The notes under the pieces were generated by a model. It did no database searches. It saw only the letters and a program-made list of their open reading frames with translations, and was not told the origin of the DNA. A program made the translations under genes and the position numbers. From positions 23,639 to 87,638 of the forward strand of contig JAILRC010000085.1 in NCBI GenBank assembly GCA_024698485.1: a stretch of DNA of 64,000 bases. Reading direction: 5' to 3'. Source of the stretch: Lachnospiraceae bacterium (GTDB lineage: Bacteria; Bacillota; Clostridia; Lachnospirales; Lachnospiraceae). Within the stretch, counting starts at the first letter, position 1; each line of letters starts with the position of its first letter. Positions 1 through 8,753 of the stretch are shown here, piece by piece.

Positions 1-684
1 ACGGAAGAATTCCATCCTGTTCCTGAGGGCTGCGCAAAGATCCTTGAAGGAAGCGATCTTCACACCTGAAGCCTTTTCAAGTTTTGCAAGATAATCCTTG
101 TAATCGGGTTTTTCCAGGTTCATTGCCTTGTCGGGACGCCATGCGGGAAGAACTTTTACTTCAAAGCTCTTGTCCTCGCGGATCATTCTGTGCCACTCAA
201 GGGTGTCGGCGGGATCGTCTGTGGTGCATATTGTGTCAACATTGGACATCCTGATGAGGTTTCTTGCGGAAAACTCGGGGGTGTTCAGCTTTGCGTTGCA
301 GACCTCCCATGCTTCCTTGCAGGTGGCGGGGGTCAAAGGTTTGTAAAAACCGAAATATCTCTGTAATTCCAGGTGACTCCAGTGATAGAGAGGGTTTCCG
401 ATGGCCTTCTGTAAGGTTTCGGTCCATTTCTCGAACTTCTCGTAATCACTTGCATCGCCTGTGATATATTTTTCATCAATGCCGTTGGAACGCATCTGAC
501 GCCATTTGTAATGGTCGCCTCCCAGCCACACTTCGGTGATGTTCTTGAAGACACGGTCCTCGGCGATCTCCTTGGGACTGATGTGGCAGTGGTAGTCGAT
601 GATGGGCATCTTTTCCGCAGCCGCATAAAGTCTTTTTGCGGTTTCATTTGATAACAAAAAATCCTTATCCATAAATTTCTTCAT
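1..684 (-). CDS. uxaC: glucuronate (uronate) isomerase, N-terminal 228 codons; the 3' end lies beyond the window start
   Basis: This frame is absent from the ORF track because it runs off the window edge. My reverse-strand translation from the ATG at 684 reads MKKFMDKDFLLSNETAKRLYAAAEKMPIIDYHCHISPKEIAEDRVFKNITEVWLGGDHYKWRQMRSNGIDEKYITG... It is open to position 1. The IIDYHCH and GDHYKWR motifs are typical of UxaC. Confidence 0.85.
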   Translation of the reverse strand, partial: MKKFMDKDFLLSNETAKRLYAAAEKMPIIDYHCHISPKEIAEDRVFKNITEVWLGGDHYKWRQMRSNGIDEKYITGDASDYEKFEKWTETLQKAIGNPLYHWSHLELQRYFGFYKPLTPATCKEAWEVCNAKLNTPEFSARNLIRMSNVDTICTTDDPADTLEWHRMIREDKSFEVKVLPAWRPDKAMNLEKPDYKDYLAKLEKASGVKIASFKDLCAALRNRMEFFR

Positions 685-867
685 AATCTTTGAACCATCC
701 TTTCATTATCGAAAACGGATCTCTTTACGGTCATTTCAATAGTCCCGGTGACCGATCATACGTCGTGATTATAGAACATATCAAAATTCAAAACAAGGGT
801 AGAAACTTATCAATAATTGCGGATTAGTTCTTAAAAATTTACGGTTGAAATTTTTCATTGTTAATGT

Positions 868-876
868 TGTTATAAT
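868..876 (+). promoter_or_regulatory. candidate extended -10 element (TGtTATAAT) for uxaA
   Basis: TGTTATAAT lies at 868-876, about 145 nt upstream of the uxaA ATG, in the divergent uxaC/uxaA intergenic region. TTGAAA at 845-850 is 20 nt away, which is too far for an ideal -35. Confidence 0.35.
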
Positions 877-1019
877 GTTTTGAAAGATTGTTGAATGTCA
901 CGTCCCACGGCAAAACGGGTTGACTTATGTTTTTAATCGTCTTAAAATCCAAAAGAACAGGGTCTTGCGCAAGGGGCGCGGGACTTTTTGCGAGTCCTTT
1001 AAAAGGACATGGAGGAAGA

Positions 1020-2504
1020 ATGGATCACATCATCATCAACGAAAAAGATAATGTATGCGTGGCATTGAAAGACTTGAAAAAAGGAGAGACCGTAGAAGCC
1101 TTCGGCGGAAAAGTCACTCTTCTTGAAGACGTGAACAGAGGTCACAAGATCGCCCTTAAGGATCTTAAGAAGGGCGAAAACGTCATTAAATACGGCAGTC
1201 CCATCGGACATGTTACCTGTGATGTTCCTGCAGGAAGTCACATCCACATACACAACCTGAAGACAAATCTGGGAGAAGTGCTGGAGTACACCTACCACCC
1301 TGAAAATGCGGGAGAAGAGATGGGTTGCAGAAAAGCCTCGGAATTCATGGGCTTCAAGCGCACCGATGGAAGTGTGGGTGTGAGGAATGAGATCTGGATC
1401 CTTCCCACCGTGGGCTGTGTAAATTCCATTGCTGCCAAACTTGCGGAGAACGGCAGGAGAAAGCTCAAGGGATCTGTTGAAGATGTGCTTGCTTTTGCTC
1501 ATCCCTACGGCTGTTCCCAGATGGGAGAAGATCAGGAGGCCACCAGAACCATCCTGGCAGACCTCATCAGACATCCCAATGCGGGCGGAGTCCTCGTGCT
1601 GGGTCTGGGATGCGAAAACTCCAACATAGGAGTGCTTAAAGGCTATCTGGGAGGATATGACGAGAGCAGGGTAAAGTTCCTGCAGTGCCAGGATGTGGAG
1701 GATGAGATCGAAGAGGGCGGAAAGCTCATAGAAGAACTCATCGAGCATGCCTGCGGTTTTAAGAGGGAAACGTGTTCCGCGGACAAACTGGTCATAGGTC
1801 TTAAATGCGGCGGCTCCGACGGACTTTCGGGCATTACGGCCAATCCCACTGTGGGGCTGTTTTCCGACATCCTTTGTTCCATGGGAGGTACCACCATCCT
1901 TACGGAAGTTCCGGAAATGTTCGGTGCCGAGACCATGCTCATGGACCGCTGTGAAACTCCCGAACTTTTTGACAAAACAGTCTGCCTCATAAACAACTTT
2001 AAAGAGTACTACATAGAGAACCATCAGACCATTTATGAGAATCCTTCTCCGGGCAACAAGGCGGGAGGCATTTCCACACTGGAAGACAAGTCCCTGGGCT
2101 GCACACAGAAGTCCGGAAAAGCAAAGGTCAGAGGCGTTCTTGAATACGGCGAGAGAGTGAAGGACAAAGGACTTAATCTTTTGAGCGCTCCCGGAAACGA
2201 TCTTGTGGCAGCCACGGCTCTTGCTGCGGCAGGTGCTCAGATCGTACTCTTCACCACAGGTCGCGGAACTCCTTTCGCATCTCCTGTGCCTACGGTAAAG
2301 ATATCCACCAATTCCGCTCTCTACGGTAAGAAAGAAAAGTGGATCGACTTTAACTGCGGTGTTCTGACGGAGGGAAAGGATATGACCGAGCTTTCGGAAG
2401 AACTTTTCGCCTTTGTAACGGAAGTGGCTTCAGGCAAAAAGATCAAGAGCGAGATCGCGGGATATCACGACCTGGCCATCTTTAAGCGAGGCGTCACACT
2501 GTAA
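1020..2504 (+). CDS. uxaA: altronate dehydratase
   Basis: Track ORF 927..2504. I place the start at ATG 1020, preceded by GGAGGAAGA. The N-terminal SAF domain (MDHIIINEKDNVCVALKDLKKGE...RGHKIALKDLKKGENVIKYGSPIG) is collinear with E. coli UxaA. The 494-aa length fits. Confidence 0.9.
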   Translation: MDHIIINEKDNVCVALKDLKKGETVEAFGGKVTLLEDVNRGHKIALKDLKKGENVIKYGSPIGHVTCDVPAGSHIHIHNLKTNLGEVLEYTYHPENAGEEMGCRKASEFMGFKRTDGSVGVRNEIWILPTVGCVNSIAAKLAENGRRKLKGSVEDVLAFAHPYGCSQMGEDQEATRTILADLIRHPNAGGVLVLGLGCENSNIGVLKGYLGGYDESRVKFLQCQDVEDEIEEGGKLIEELIEHACGFKRETCSADKLVIGLKCGGSDGLSGITANPTVGLFSDILCSMGGTTILTEVPEMFGAETMLMDRCETPELFDKTVCLINNFKEYYIENHQTIYENPSPGNKAGGISTLEDKSLGCTQKSGKAKVRGVLEYGERVKDKGLNLLSAPGNDLVAATALAAAGAQIVLFTTGRGTPFASPVPTVKISTNSALYGKKEKWIDFNCGVLTEGKDMTELSEELFAFVTEVASGKKIKSEIAGYHDLAIFKRGVTL

Positions 2505-2512
2505 TTACAGTG
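2497..2512. promoter_or_regulatory. perfect 16-bp palindrome CACTGTAATTACAGTG overlapping the uxaA stop codon; candidate operator
   Basis: I read this directly. Positions 2497-2512 are their own reverse complement. The site sits between uxaA and kdgK. Confidence 0.3.
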
Positions 2513-2654
2513 ATGATCATTTTATAAACTCACAGGTTTTAGAAAAAATTTGAATGGCAAAACCCTTCGTCAGGGTATATAATACTCTGGATGATTGGTT
2601 TTAATGTTTTCCCGAAAGGGAAGAAAATCATAAATTTTCAAGGAGAGAAATTAT

Positions 2655-3686
2655 ATGGCAAAAGTTATTACAATGGGCGAGATCATGCTCAGACTTTCCA
2701 CACCCGGAAATGAAAAGATCCTTCAGGCAGATGAGTTCGACATCAATTACGGCGGCGGTGAAGCTAACGTAGCTGTTTCACTTGCCAACTACGGTCATGA
2801 GGCAGAGTTCGTTACAAAGGTTCCCAAGAACCCCATCGGTGAGGCTGCCGTTGCAGCACTCCGCAAGATGAATGTAGGCACACGTTTCATCGCAAAGGGC
2901 GGTGAGAGACTCGGTATCTACTTCCTCGAGACAGGTTCCGCAATGAGAGCTTCCAATGTTATCTACGACCGCGCTCATTCCGCTATCTCCGAGGCAGAGC
3001 CTGCAGATTTCAACTTCGATGAGATCTTCAAGGGCGCTGACTGGTTCCACTTCACAGGTATCACTCCCGCAGTTTCCGACAAGGCAGCAGAGCTCACGGA
3101 GCTTGCATGCAAGGCTGCTAAGAAGGCAGGTGTTAAGGTTTCCTGCGACCTGAACTTCCGTAAGAAGCTCTGGTCTTCAGAGAAGGCTCAGAAGGTTATG
3201 TCCAACCTTATGCAGTACGTTGATGTCTGCATCGGAAACGAAGAGGATGCTGAAAAGGTTCTCGGCTTCAAGCCCGGCGAGACAGACGTTACCAGCGGCG
3301 ATCTCAAGCTTGACGGTTACAAGTCCATTTTCGAGCAGATGGTAAAGAAGTTCAACTTCGAGTATGTCATCAGCTCCCTTCGTGTTAGCCATTCCGCTTC
3401 CGACAACGGCTGGAGCGCATGCATCTACTCACGTGATACAAAGGAATTCTATCATTCAAGAGAGTACAGGATCAGCCCCATCGTTGACCGTGTAGGCGGC
3501 GGCGACTCCTTCGCAGGCGGCGTTATCTGCGGACTTCTTGACGGCAAGGATTTCAAGGCAGCTCTTGAATTCGGTGTTGCTGCATCAGCTCTTAAGCACA
3601 CCATCCCCGGAGACTTCAACCTTGTTTCACGTTCCGATGTTGACAACCTTGTTGGCGGCGACGGATCCGGAAGAGTTCAGAGATAA
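2655..3686 (+). CDS. kdgK: 2-dehydro-3-deoxygluconokinase (PfkB family)
   Basis: MAKVITMGEIMLRLSTPGN...YGGGEANVAVSLANYG and a C-terminal GGGDSFAGG motif are typical of KdgK-type PfkB kinases. SD is AAGGAGAG. It sits in a hexuronate gene context. Confidence 0.85.
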   Translation: MAKVITMGEIMLRLSTPGNEKILQADEFDINYGGGEANVAVSLANYGHEAEFVTKVPKNPIGEAAVAALRKMNVGTRFIAKGGERLGIYFLETGSAMRASNVIYDRAHSAISEAEPADFNFDEIFKGADWFHFTGITPAVSDKAAELTELACKAAKKAGVKVSCDLNFRKKLWSSEKAQKVMSNLMQYVDVCIGNEEDAEKVLGFKPGETDVTSGDLKLDGYKSIFEQMVKKFNFEYVISSLRVSHSASDNGWSACIYSRDTKEFYHSREYRISPIVDRVGGGDSFAGGVICGLLDGKDFKAALEFGVAASALKHTIPGDFNLVSRSDVDNLVGGDGSGRVQR

Positions 3687-3719
3687 TCTTTATCCCAAAA
3701 ACAGAAAGGAATTTTTACC

Positions 3720-4583
3720 ATGGAATTACGTACAGCAGCATCACCCAAGGATGTGAAATACTATACAACAGACAGACTTCGCGAGGAGTTCCTGATCGAC
3801 GATCTTTTCAAGGCTGACGAGATCAAGCTTGTTTACAGCCACATCGACAGGATCATCACAGGCTCCGCCGTTCCCGTAAAGGGAAAGCTTGTCCTCACAG
3901 CAGGAGACGAGCTCAGAGCAGAGTACTTCCTTGAGAGACGTGAAATGGGCGTCATCAACATCGGCGGCGACGGCATCATCACCATCGACGGCAAGGAATA
4001 CAAGCTTGCATATAAGGAAGGTATGTACATCGGAATGGGTTCAAAGGACATTTCCTTTGCTTCCGTTGATGCAAAGACTCCCGCTAAGTTCTACCTGAAC
4101 AGCGCACCTGCTCACAAGACCTATCCCACAGTTCTCATCAAGCCCAACGGAACACCTTCCGAAGGCGTTGTTATCGTAAAGGACAGCAACAAGGTTGAGT
4201 GCGGAAGCCTTCAGGACGCAAACCACAGAACCATCTGCAAGTACATCCTTCCCGGACAGGTTGAATCCTGCCAGCTGGTAATGGGTATGACTCACCTTGA
4301 GGAAGGTTCCGTATGGAACACAATGCCTTGCCATACACATGACAGAAGAATGGAAGTTTATCTCTACTTCGAGATGGGCGAGAACGACTGCGTATTCCAT
4401 TACATGGGCGAGCCCACAGAGACACGTCACATCGTAATGAGAAACGAGCAGGCTGTCATTTCTCCCAGCTGGTCCATCCACTCCGGATGCGGCACCAGAA
4501 ACTACACCTTCATCTGGGGCATGGTTGGTGAAAACCAGGCATTCGATGACATGGACGGCGTAGCCATGACAGACATCAGATAA
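3720..4583 (+). CDS. kduI: 5-dehydro-4-deoxy-D-glucuronate isomerase
   Basis: Collinear along its whole length with E. coli KduI (YSHIDRII.G, FLERRE.GVINIGG, WNTMPCHTH.RRMEVY.YF, AVISPSWSIHSG.GT..YTFIWGMVGENQ.FDDMD). Confidence 0.92.
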   Translation: MELRTAASPKDVKYYTTDRLREEFLIDDLFKADEIKLVYSHIDRIITGSAVPVKGKLVLTAGDELRAEYFLERREMGVINIGGDGIITIDGKEYKLAYKEGMYIGMGSKDISFASVDAKTPAKFYLNSAPAHKTYPTVLIKPNGTPSEGVVIVKDSNKVECGSLQDANHRTICKYILPGQVESCQLVMGMTHLEEGSVWNTMPCHTHDRRMEVYLYFEMGENDCVFHYMGEPTETRHIVMRNEQAVISPSWSIHSGCGTRNYTFIWGMVGENQAFDDMDGVAMTDIR

Positions 4584-4599
4584 AAATATTACAGTTCAT

Positions 4600-4660
4600 C
4601 CCCCCATCTCGAATTCGCAATCTGCTTCGCTACTTGCTCATTCGGGGTGGGGGGGTTATT
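4600..4660 (+). terminator. candidate intrinsic terminator after kduI
   Basis: CCCCCCAUCUCGAAU (4600-4614) pairs with AUUCGGGGUGGGGGG (4640-4654) over 15 bp, including two G-U pairs, with a 25-nt loop. GUUAUU follows. The loop is long and the U tract is weak. Confidence 0.5.
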
Positions 4661-4670
4661 GCTTCGCAGA

Positions 4671-4730
4671 ATATACATAATGCTAAAACTTCTTGAAAGC
4701 AAGCTTTCAAAAGTCTAGCATTATGTATAT
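4671..4730. repeat. 60-nt near-perfect inverted repeat (long hairpin/palindrome) between kduI and the pullulanase gene
   Basis: ATATACATAATGCTA (4671-4685) is the exact reverse complement of TAGCATTATGTATAT (4716-4730). The interior ACTTcTTGAAAG-caag-CTTTCAAAAGT continues the pairing with one bulge. No U tract follows. Confidence 0.9.
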
Positions 4731-4765
4731 ATGTGAACTGTATCGAAAATTTACGAAAATTCCTA

Positions 4766-4794
4766 TGGAAATTTTTCCTTTCTTTTGGTAAAAT
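4766..4794 (+). promoter_or_regulatory. candidate pullulanase promoter: -35 TGGAAA, 17-nt spacer containing TG, -10 TAAAAT
   Basis: TGGAAA at 4766-4771, TGgTAAAAT at 4786-4794. It lies about 50 nt upstream of ATG 4844. Confidence 0.4.
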
Positions 4795-4843
4795 CATTCC
4801 ATGGGAATTTTTTTATTGGCGTATTAGCCAAAAGGAGGAGAGC

Positions 4844-7549
4844 ATGAAGTTATTTAAGCAAATTGCAGCTTGTTTTCTTGCAATGGTCATGGCACTTACC
4901 GTTCTGACGGCAGCCGTACCCGCAGCAAGTGTAAAGGCTGCCGACCTGGTCCTTAAGTTTCATTACCACAGGACAGACGGAAAGTATGACGGCTGGGACG
5001 TGTGGCTTTGGGAGGAAGGAAAGGACGGATCGGGAAATCCTTTCGTTGAAGAGAACGGGGAGATGGTGGCAACAAAAGTTCTGACACCGGGAACTTCCTC
5101 AGTTGGCTTTATTGTAAGGACCACAGCCTGGGCCAAGGACATCAACGAAGATCAGTTCATCGATATTTCCGAGATGATCTCGGGAACGGTGCATATATAT
5201 GTTGAGTCCGGAGTAAAAGGTTACACGAAAAAATACGGAGATGATGCGGTGGTGGGGATTAAAGTAGCCAAGGCCGTTTATGATAACGGAAAAGTCATTG
5301 TAAACATGACGGGGGAACCCGAAGAAAATTCGGAAAAAATGTTCATGGTGAGAACCCATGAGGGCGAGATCCCTGTGAAAAAGATCACGAAGATCGCGGG
5401 AGACAGGTTCGAACTTGAAGTTACGGATGAACTTGATGCTGCGGGAACTTACTTTCTGGAGTATGAAGGAAACTACTACAAGATAAACATCCCCAATGTG
5501 TACTCCACAAAGGGATTTGAAGAAGCATTCACCTACACTGGAAACGACCTGGGTGCAAACTGGACCAAGGCATCCACCACATTTAAAGTCTGGGCACCCA
5601 CCGCTGAAAAAATCAGTGTGAAGCTTTACAAGTCGGGAACCGACGGCACTGAGGATCTCATAGAGACTCTTGCCATGGAAAAGGGTGAGAAAGGCGTCTG
5701 GAGTGTTACAAAGCAAGGCGATCTTAACGGAACCTACTACACCTATCTGGCAGCAGTGGGAGGAGAAGAAGTCGAGGTCTGCGATCCCTATGCCCGTACC
5801 ACCGGCGTGAATGGCATGAGGGCCATGGTCATCGATCCGGATTCCACGGATCCCGAAGGATGGGAAAAGGACAAGGATCCCCATTATGATATGCCCATAA
5901 ATGATGCGATCATTTATGAGTTACAGATCAGAGATCTGTCCAGCAGTAAGAGTTCGGGCATAAAAAATCAGAGAAAATTCCTGGGACTCATCGAAACGGG
6001 AACAAAGACGGAGAGCGGAGTGTCCACAGGCTTGGATCACATTAAGGAACTGGGCATCACCCATCTTCACATCCTGCCTTTCTATGATTTCGGTTCCGTC
6101 GATGAAAAGTCGTCACTGGCAACCTTTAACTGGGGCTACGATCCCATGAATTACAATGTTCCCGAAGGTTCTTTTTCAACGGATCCATACAACGGAGAAG
6201 TGAGAGTGAAGGAACTCAAGACCATGGTAAAGGGCCTTCATGACAACGGCATCAGCGTGGTCATGGACGTGGTGTACAACCATGTTTACAATGCTTCGGA
6301 CTTCTGCTTCAACAAACTGGTTCAGGGGTATTTCTCAAGAATCGACGACAACGGCAAGTACTCCAACGGTTCCGGCTGCGGTAACGACACTGCTTCCGAG
6401 CGTTCCATGGTAAAGAAGTACATTGTGGACTCCGTAAATTACTGGGCCGACGAGTATCACATCGACGGCTTCCGTTTTGACCTTGTGGGTCTCATCGACA
6501 CCGAGACCATGAACGAAGTCATTAAGACCGTGCATGAAAAGCATCCCAACGTGATCTTTTACGGCGAAGGCTGGACAATGAGCACCAATGTCACAAAAGA
6601 AGGCTACAACATGACCACCCAGGTGAATTCCAAACAGGTTCCGGGCATGGCTTTCTTCAGTGATGACATGAGAGACACACTTAAGGGAAGCGTTTTCTCA
6701 AAGACTTCCATGGGTTACGTTTCGGGACTTACGGGAGTCACGGACAAGCTTTCGTCCTATTTTACGGCCAACACCAACTGGTCCAAGGATCCCACACAGA
6801 TGGTCCAATACGCATCCTGCCATGACAACAACACTTTGATCGACAGGATCACCATGGCAACTCCCAATGCTTCAAGGGAAGAACAGATCGCCATGAACAA
6901 TCTGGCTGCGGCTATCTACCTCACTTCCCAGGGCATTCCTTTCATGCAGGCGGGAGAGGAGATGCTGCGTTCCAAGACTAACAATGACGGCAGTTTCAAC
7001 GAAAACAGCTACAATGCTCCCGACAAGGTGAACCAGCTGAAATGGAACAATCTTGACGAAGCGGAGTACATGAACACCTTTGAGTACTATAAAGGTCTCA
7101 TCGCCTTCCGTAAGGCTCATTCCGCTCTTCGCATGAACAACCGCGAAGAGATTGATGCAAACATCAGGAGGATGAGCGGAACTCCCGATAATGTCATTGC
7201 CATGGAGATTCAGGGCAAGGCCAACAATGACTGCTCCGACGGCATCATCGTCATCTTCAATCCCAACAAGGAAGAGAAGGAGATCCCCCTTCCTGCTGGC
7301 AAATGGAGCATATGCGTAGACAAGGACAAGGCAGGAACAAAGAAACTTGGCTCCGCAAGCGGAACGGTGAAGGTGGCGGGAATCTCCGCCATGGTACTTG
7401 TGAAAGGAAGAATGGCACCCCTGACCGCTGCAGAAGAAACGAGGATAAGGATCTTCGGCATCTTTGGCATCACGGCAGCTATTCTGGGAGGGTTCTTTGG
7501 TGCAAAGGGCATCATTGCACTCATGAAAAAGAAAGATGAAAAGAAGTAA
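4844..7549 (+). CDS. pulA: type I pullulanase (GH13 with N-terminal pullulanase-associated/CBM41-like and CBM48-like modules); has a signal peptide and a C-terminal hydrophobic anchor
   Basis: Track ORF 4733..7549. I prefer ATG 4844 after AAAGGAGGAG. Signal peptide is MKLFKQIAACFLAMVMALTVLTAAVPAASVKA. The HYHRTDGKYDGWDVWLW module is present, and so is the pullulanase signature FNWGYDPMNYNVPEGS. GH13 regions are intact: VVMDVVYNH, DGFRFDLVG, YGEGW, YASCHDN. The C-terminus is IFGIFGITAAILGGFFGAKGIIALMKKKDEKK. Confidence 0.88.
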   Translation: MKLFKQIAACFLAMVMALTVLTAAVPAASVKAADLVLKFHYHRTDGKYDGWDVWLWEEGKDGSGNPFVEENGEMVATKVLTPGTSSVGFIVRTTAWAKDINEDQFIDISEMISGTVHIYVESGVKGYTKKYGDDAVVGIKVAKAVYDNGKVIVNMTGEPEENSEKMFMVRTHEGEIPVKKITKIAGDRFELEVTDELDAAGTYFLEYEGNYYKINIPNVYSTKGFEEAFTYTGNDLGANWTKASTTFKVWAPTAEKISVKLYKSGTDGTEDLIETLAMEKGEKGVWSVTKQGDLNGTYYTYLAAVGGEEVEVCDPYARTTGVNGMRAMVIDPDSTDPEGWEKDKDPHYDMPINDAIIYELQIRDLSSSKSSGIKNQRKFLGLIETGTKTESGVSTGLDHIKELGITHLHILPFYDFGSVDEKSSLATFNWGYDPMNYNVPEGSFSTDPYNGEVRVKELKTMVKGLHDNGISVVMDVVYNHVYNASDFCFNKLVQGYFSRIDDNGKYSNGSGCGNDTASERSMVKKYIVDSVNYWADEYHIDGFRFDLVGLIDTETMNEVIKTVHEKHPNVIFYGEGWTMSTNVTKEGYNMTTQVNSKQVPGMAFFSDDMRDTLKGSVFSKTSMGYVSGLTGVTDKLSSYFTANTNWSKDPTQMVQYASCHDNNTLIDRITMATPNASREEQIAMNNLAAAIYLTSQGIPFMQAGEEMLRSKTNNDGSFNENSYNAPDKVNQLKWNNLDEAEYMNTFEYYKGLIAFRKAHSALRMNNREEIDANIRRMSGTPDNVIAMEIQGKANNDCSDGIIVIFNPNKEEKEIPLPAGKWSICVDKDKAGTKKLGSASGTVKVAGISAMVLVKGRMAPLTAAEETRIRIFGIFGITAAILGGFFGAKGIIALMKKKDEKK

Positions 7550-7557
7550 AAAAAGAA

Positions 7558-7590
7558 GTCCGGACCTTTTGAAGGTCCGGACATTTTTGT
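7558..7590. terminator. bidirectional intrinsic terminator between the convergent pullulanase and AraC genes
   Basis: GTCCGGACCT (7558-7567) and AGGTCCGGAC (7573-7582) form a perfect 10-bp GC-rich stem with a 5-nt loop. An A-run lies upstream (AAAAAAAGAA) and ATTTTTGT lies downstream. Confidence 0.88.
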
Positions 7591-7598
7591 ATCCGTCA

Positions 7599-8507
7599 TC
7601 ATGCGGAATGTTCTTCGGGGTGAACATCGTCTTTTTTGTGGGCTGTGTTTGCCCAAGCCGCTTTTCTGTATTCGGTGGGAGTGCAGTTGTGGCTTTCTTT
7701 GAAAACTCTGTTGAAGGTGGCGAGGGAATTGTAGCCGCTGCGCATGGCAATGTCCGCCACGGATTCGCCGGTATCGATGAGCAGCAGCTCGGCGTTGGTC
7801 ATCCTTCTTTTCTGAAGGTACTCATAGTAGGTTACACCGGTAAAATCCTTGAAAAGTCTGATGAAATGGGATTTGGAAAAGCCCGAGATGTCCACCACCG
7901 TGTCCAGGGAAAGGTCTTCGGAACAATGCTCGTTGATGTATTTGCATATGCTGAAGAAAGTATCTATGTAACTTTGCTGCCTCTGATGCTTTGAAACGGT
8001 GGCCCCCGAATTCTGTTTCAGACATATGCGTCCCGCTTCCACAAAGAAGGAAAGGGTGAGAGCATGGATGCTGGCACCGCAGAGGATGTCCATTTCCTGC
8101 TGTTCTCTGATTATCTTGTGCAAAAGGGAGCGGAGTTTTTGATATTCGTCGTTTTCTTCATTCTTAAGAAAAACGGCGCAAGGGAAAAAGCGGCTGTAGG
8201 CCGCGTCGAAACCGTTAACTTCGCGAAGGATGGAATGCTCTACCTGAAAGATCAGACGTTCTCCCGTGGGGGGAGCGGTGAGAGTGTGCATTTCACCGCT
8301 GGGAATGATGATGATGTCGCCTTCGTTCAGAGTGTAGTTTTTCTGATCGATGAAGACGTTGTAGGTATTTTTCAGGGGCATGATGATCTCGATGTCCGAA
8401 TGCCAGTGGGCGGGATAGTCCTCCGGCTCCACATTCATATGTATCCTGAAGCCTTCAAAATGGATGTGATGAACGATCTCTTTGGTTCCGTGCAATTCTT
8501 CTATCAT
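7599..8507 (-). CDS. AraC family transcriptional regulator with N-terminal cupin sensor domain
   Basis: Track ORF 7599..8612. I prefer the internal ATG at 8507, preceded by GGAGGGAG. The cupin part reads PAHWHSDIEIIMP...GDIIIIPSGEMH. The C-terminal double HTH reads FSKSHFIRLFKDFTGVTYYEYL...IAMRSGYNSLATFNRVFKESHNCTPTEYRK. Confidence 0.85.
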   Translation of the reverse strand: MIEELHGTKEIVHHIHFEGFRIHMNVEPEDYPAHWHSDIEIIMPLKNTYNVFIDQKNYTLNEGDIIIIPSGEMHTLTAPPTGERLIFQVEHSILREVNGFDAAYSRFFPCAVFLKNEENDEYQKLRSLLHKIIREQQEMDILCGASIHALTLSFFVEAGRICLKQNSGATVSKHQRQQSYIDTFFSICKYINEHCSEDLSLDTVVDISGFSKSHFIRLFKDFTGVTYYEYLQKRRMTNAELLLIDTGESVADIAMRSGYNSLATFNRVFKESHNCTPTEYRKAAWANTAHKKDDVHPEEHSA

Positions 8508-8753
8508 TGTGCTCCCTCCGACCTCCTGACGAGGCTCCCTAAAAGCAGGCCTGACCTGCATCCCAATAATAAAAACATAATTATTGAGAAGCAATTGATT
8601 AAAAATAATCATTTACTTCTCTCAACGTTTTATATTATACAGTAACATTGTACAATTTTCAACGTGCCTCCCCATATTTTTTTATCCATTATGAACATAT
8701 AAAAAAGTAATTTTTTAACAAAATGACGAAATTACAACCTGAAATACAGATTT

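Noticed and set aside
927-1019. N-terminal extensions suggested by the ORF track: uxaA from 927, the pullulanase from 4733, AraC to 8612, GH2 from 19388, DUF624 from 22856, glnN from 26054, hisZ from 38082, ispA from 46373, tlyA from 49187, and others.
   Set aside because: In each case an internal ATG is preceded by a good GGAGG-type SD and begins the conserved family N-terminus or signal peptide. The upstream extension is non-conserved, often overlaps the preceding gene or a terminator, and frequently starts at a non-ATG codon.
2497-2512. The CTGT...ACAG palindrome as a LexA/SOS box.
   Set aside because: The E. coli-type SOS box has CTGT-N8-ACAG spacing, whereas here the spacer is 4 nt. Firmicutes LexA recognises the unrelated Cheo box (CGAAC...GTTCG). 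The location between sugar-acid genes argues for a metabolic regulator, if the site is functional at all.
4693-4708. TGAAAGCAAGCTTTCA as a bona fide CcpA cre site.
   Set aside because: It has two extra central bases relative to the 14-nt cre consensus and lacks the central CG. It is kept only as a remark within the palindrome finding.
7536-8645. Plus-strand ORFs 7536..7994 and 8064..8645.
   Set aside because: They are antisense to the AraC regulator gene, which has clear cupin and HTH motifs. Neither has an SD or any recognisable motif.
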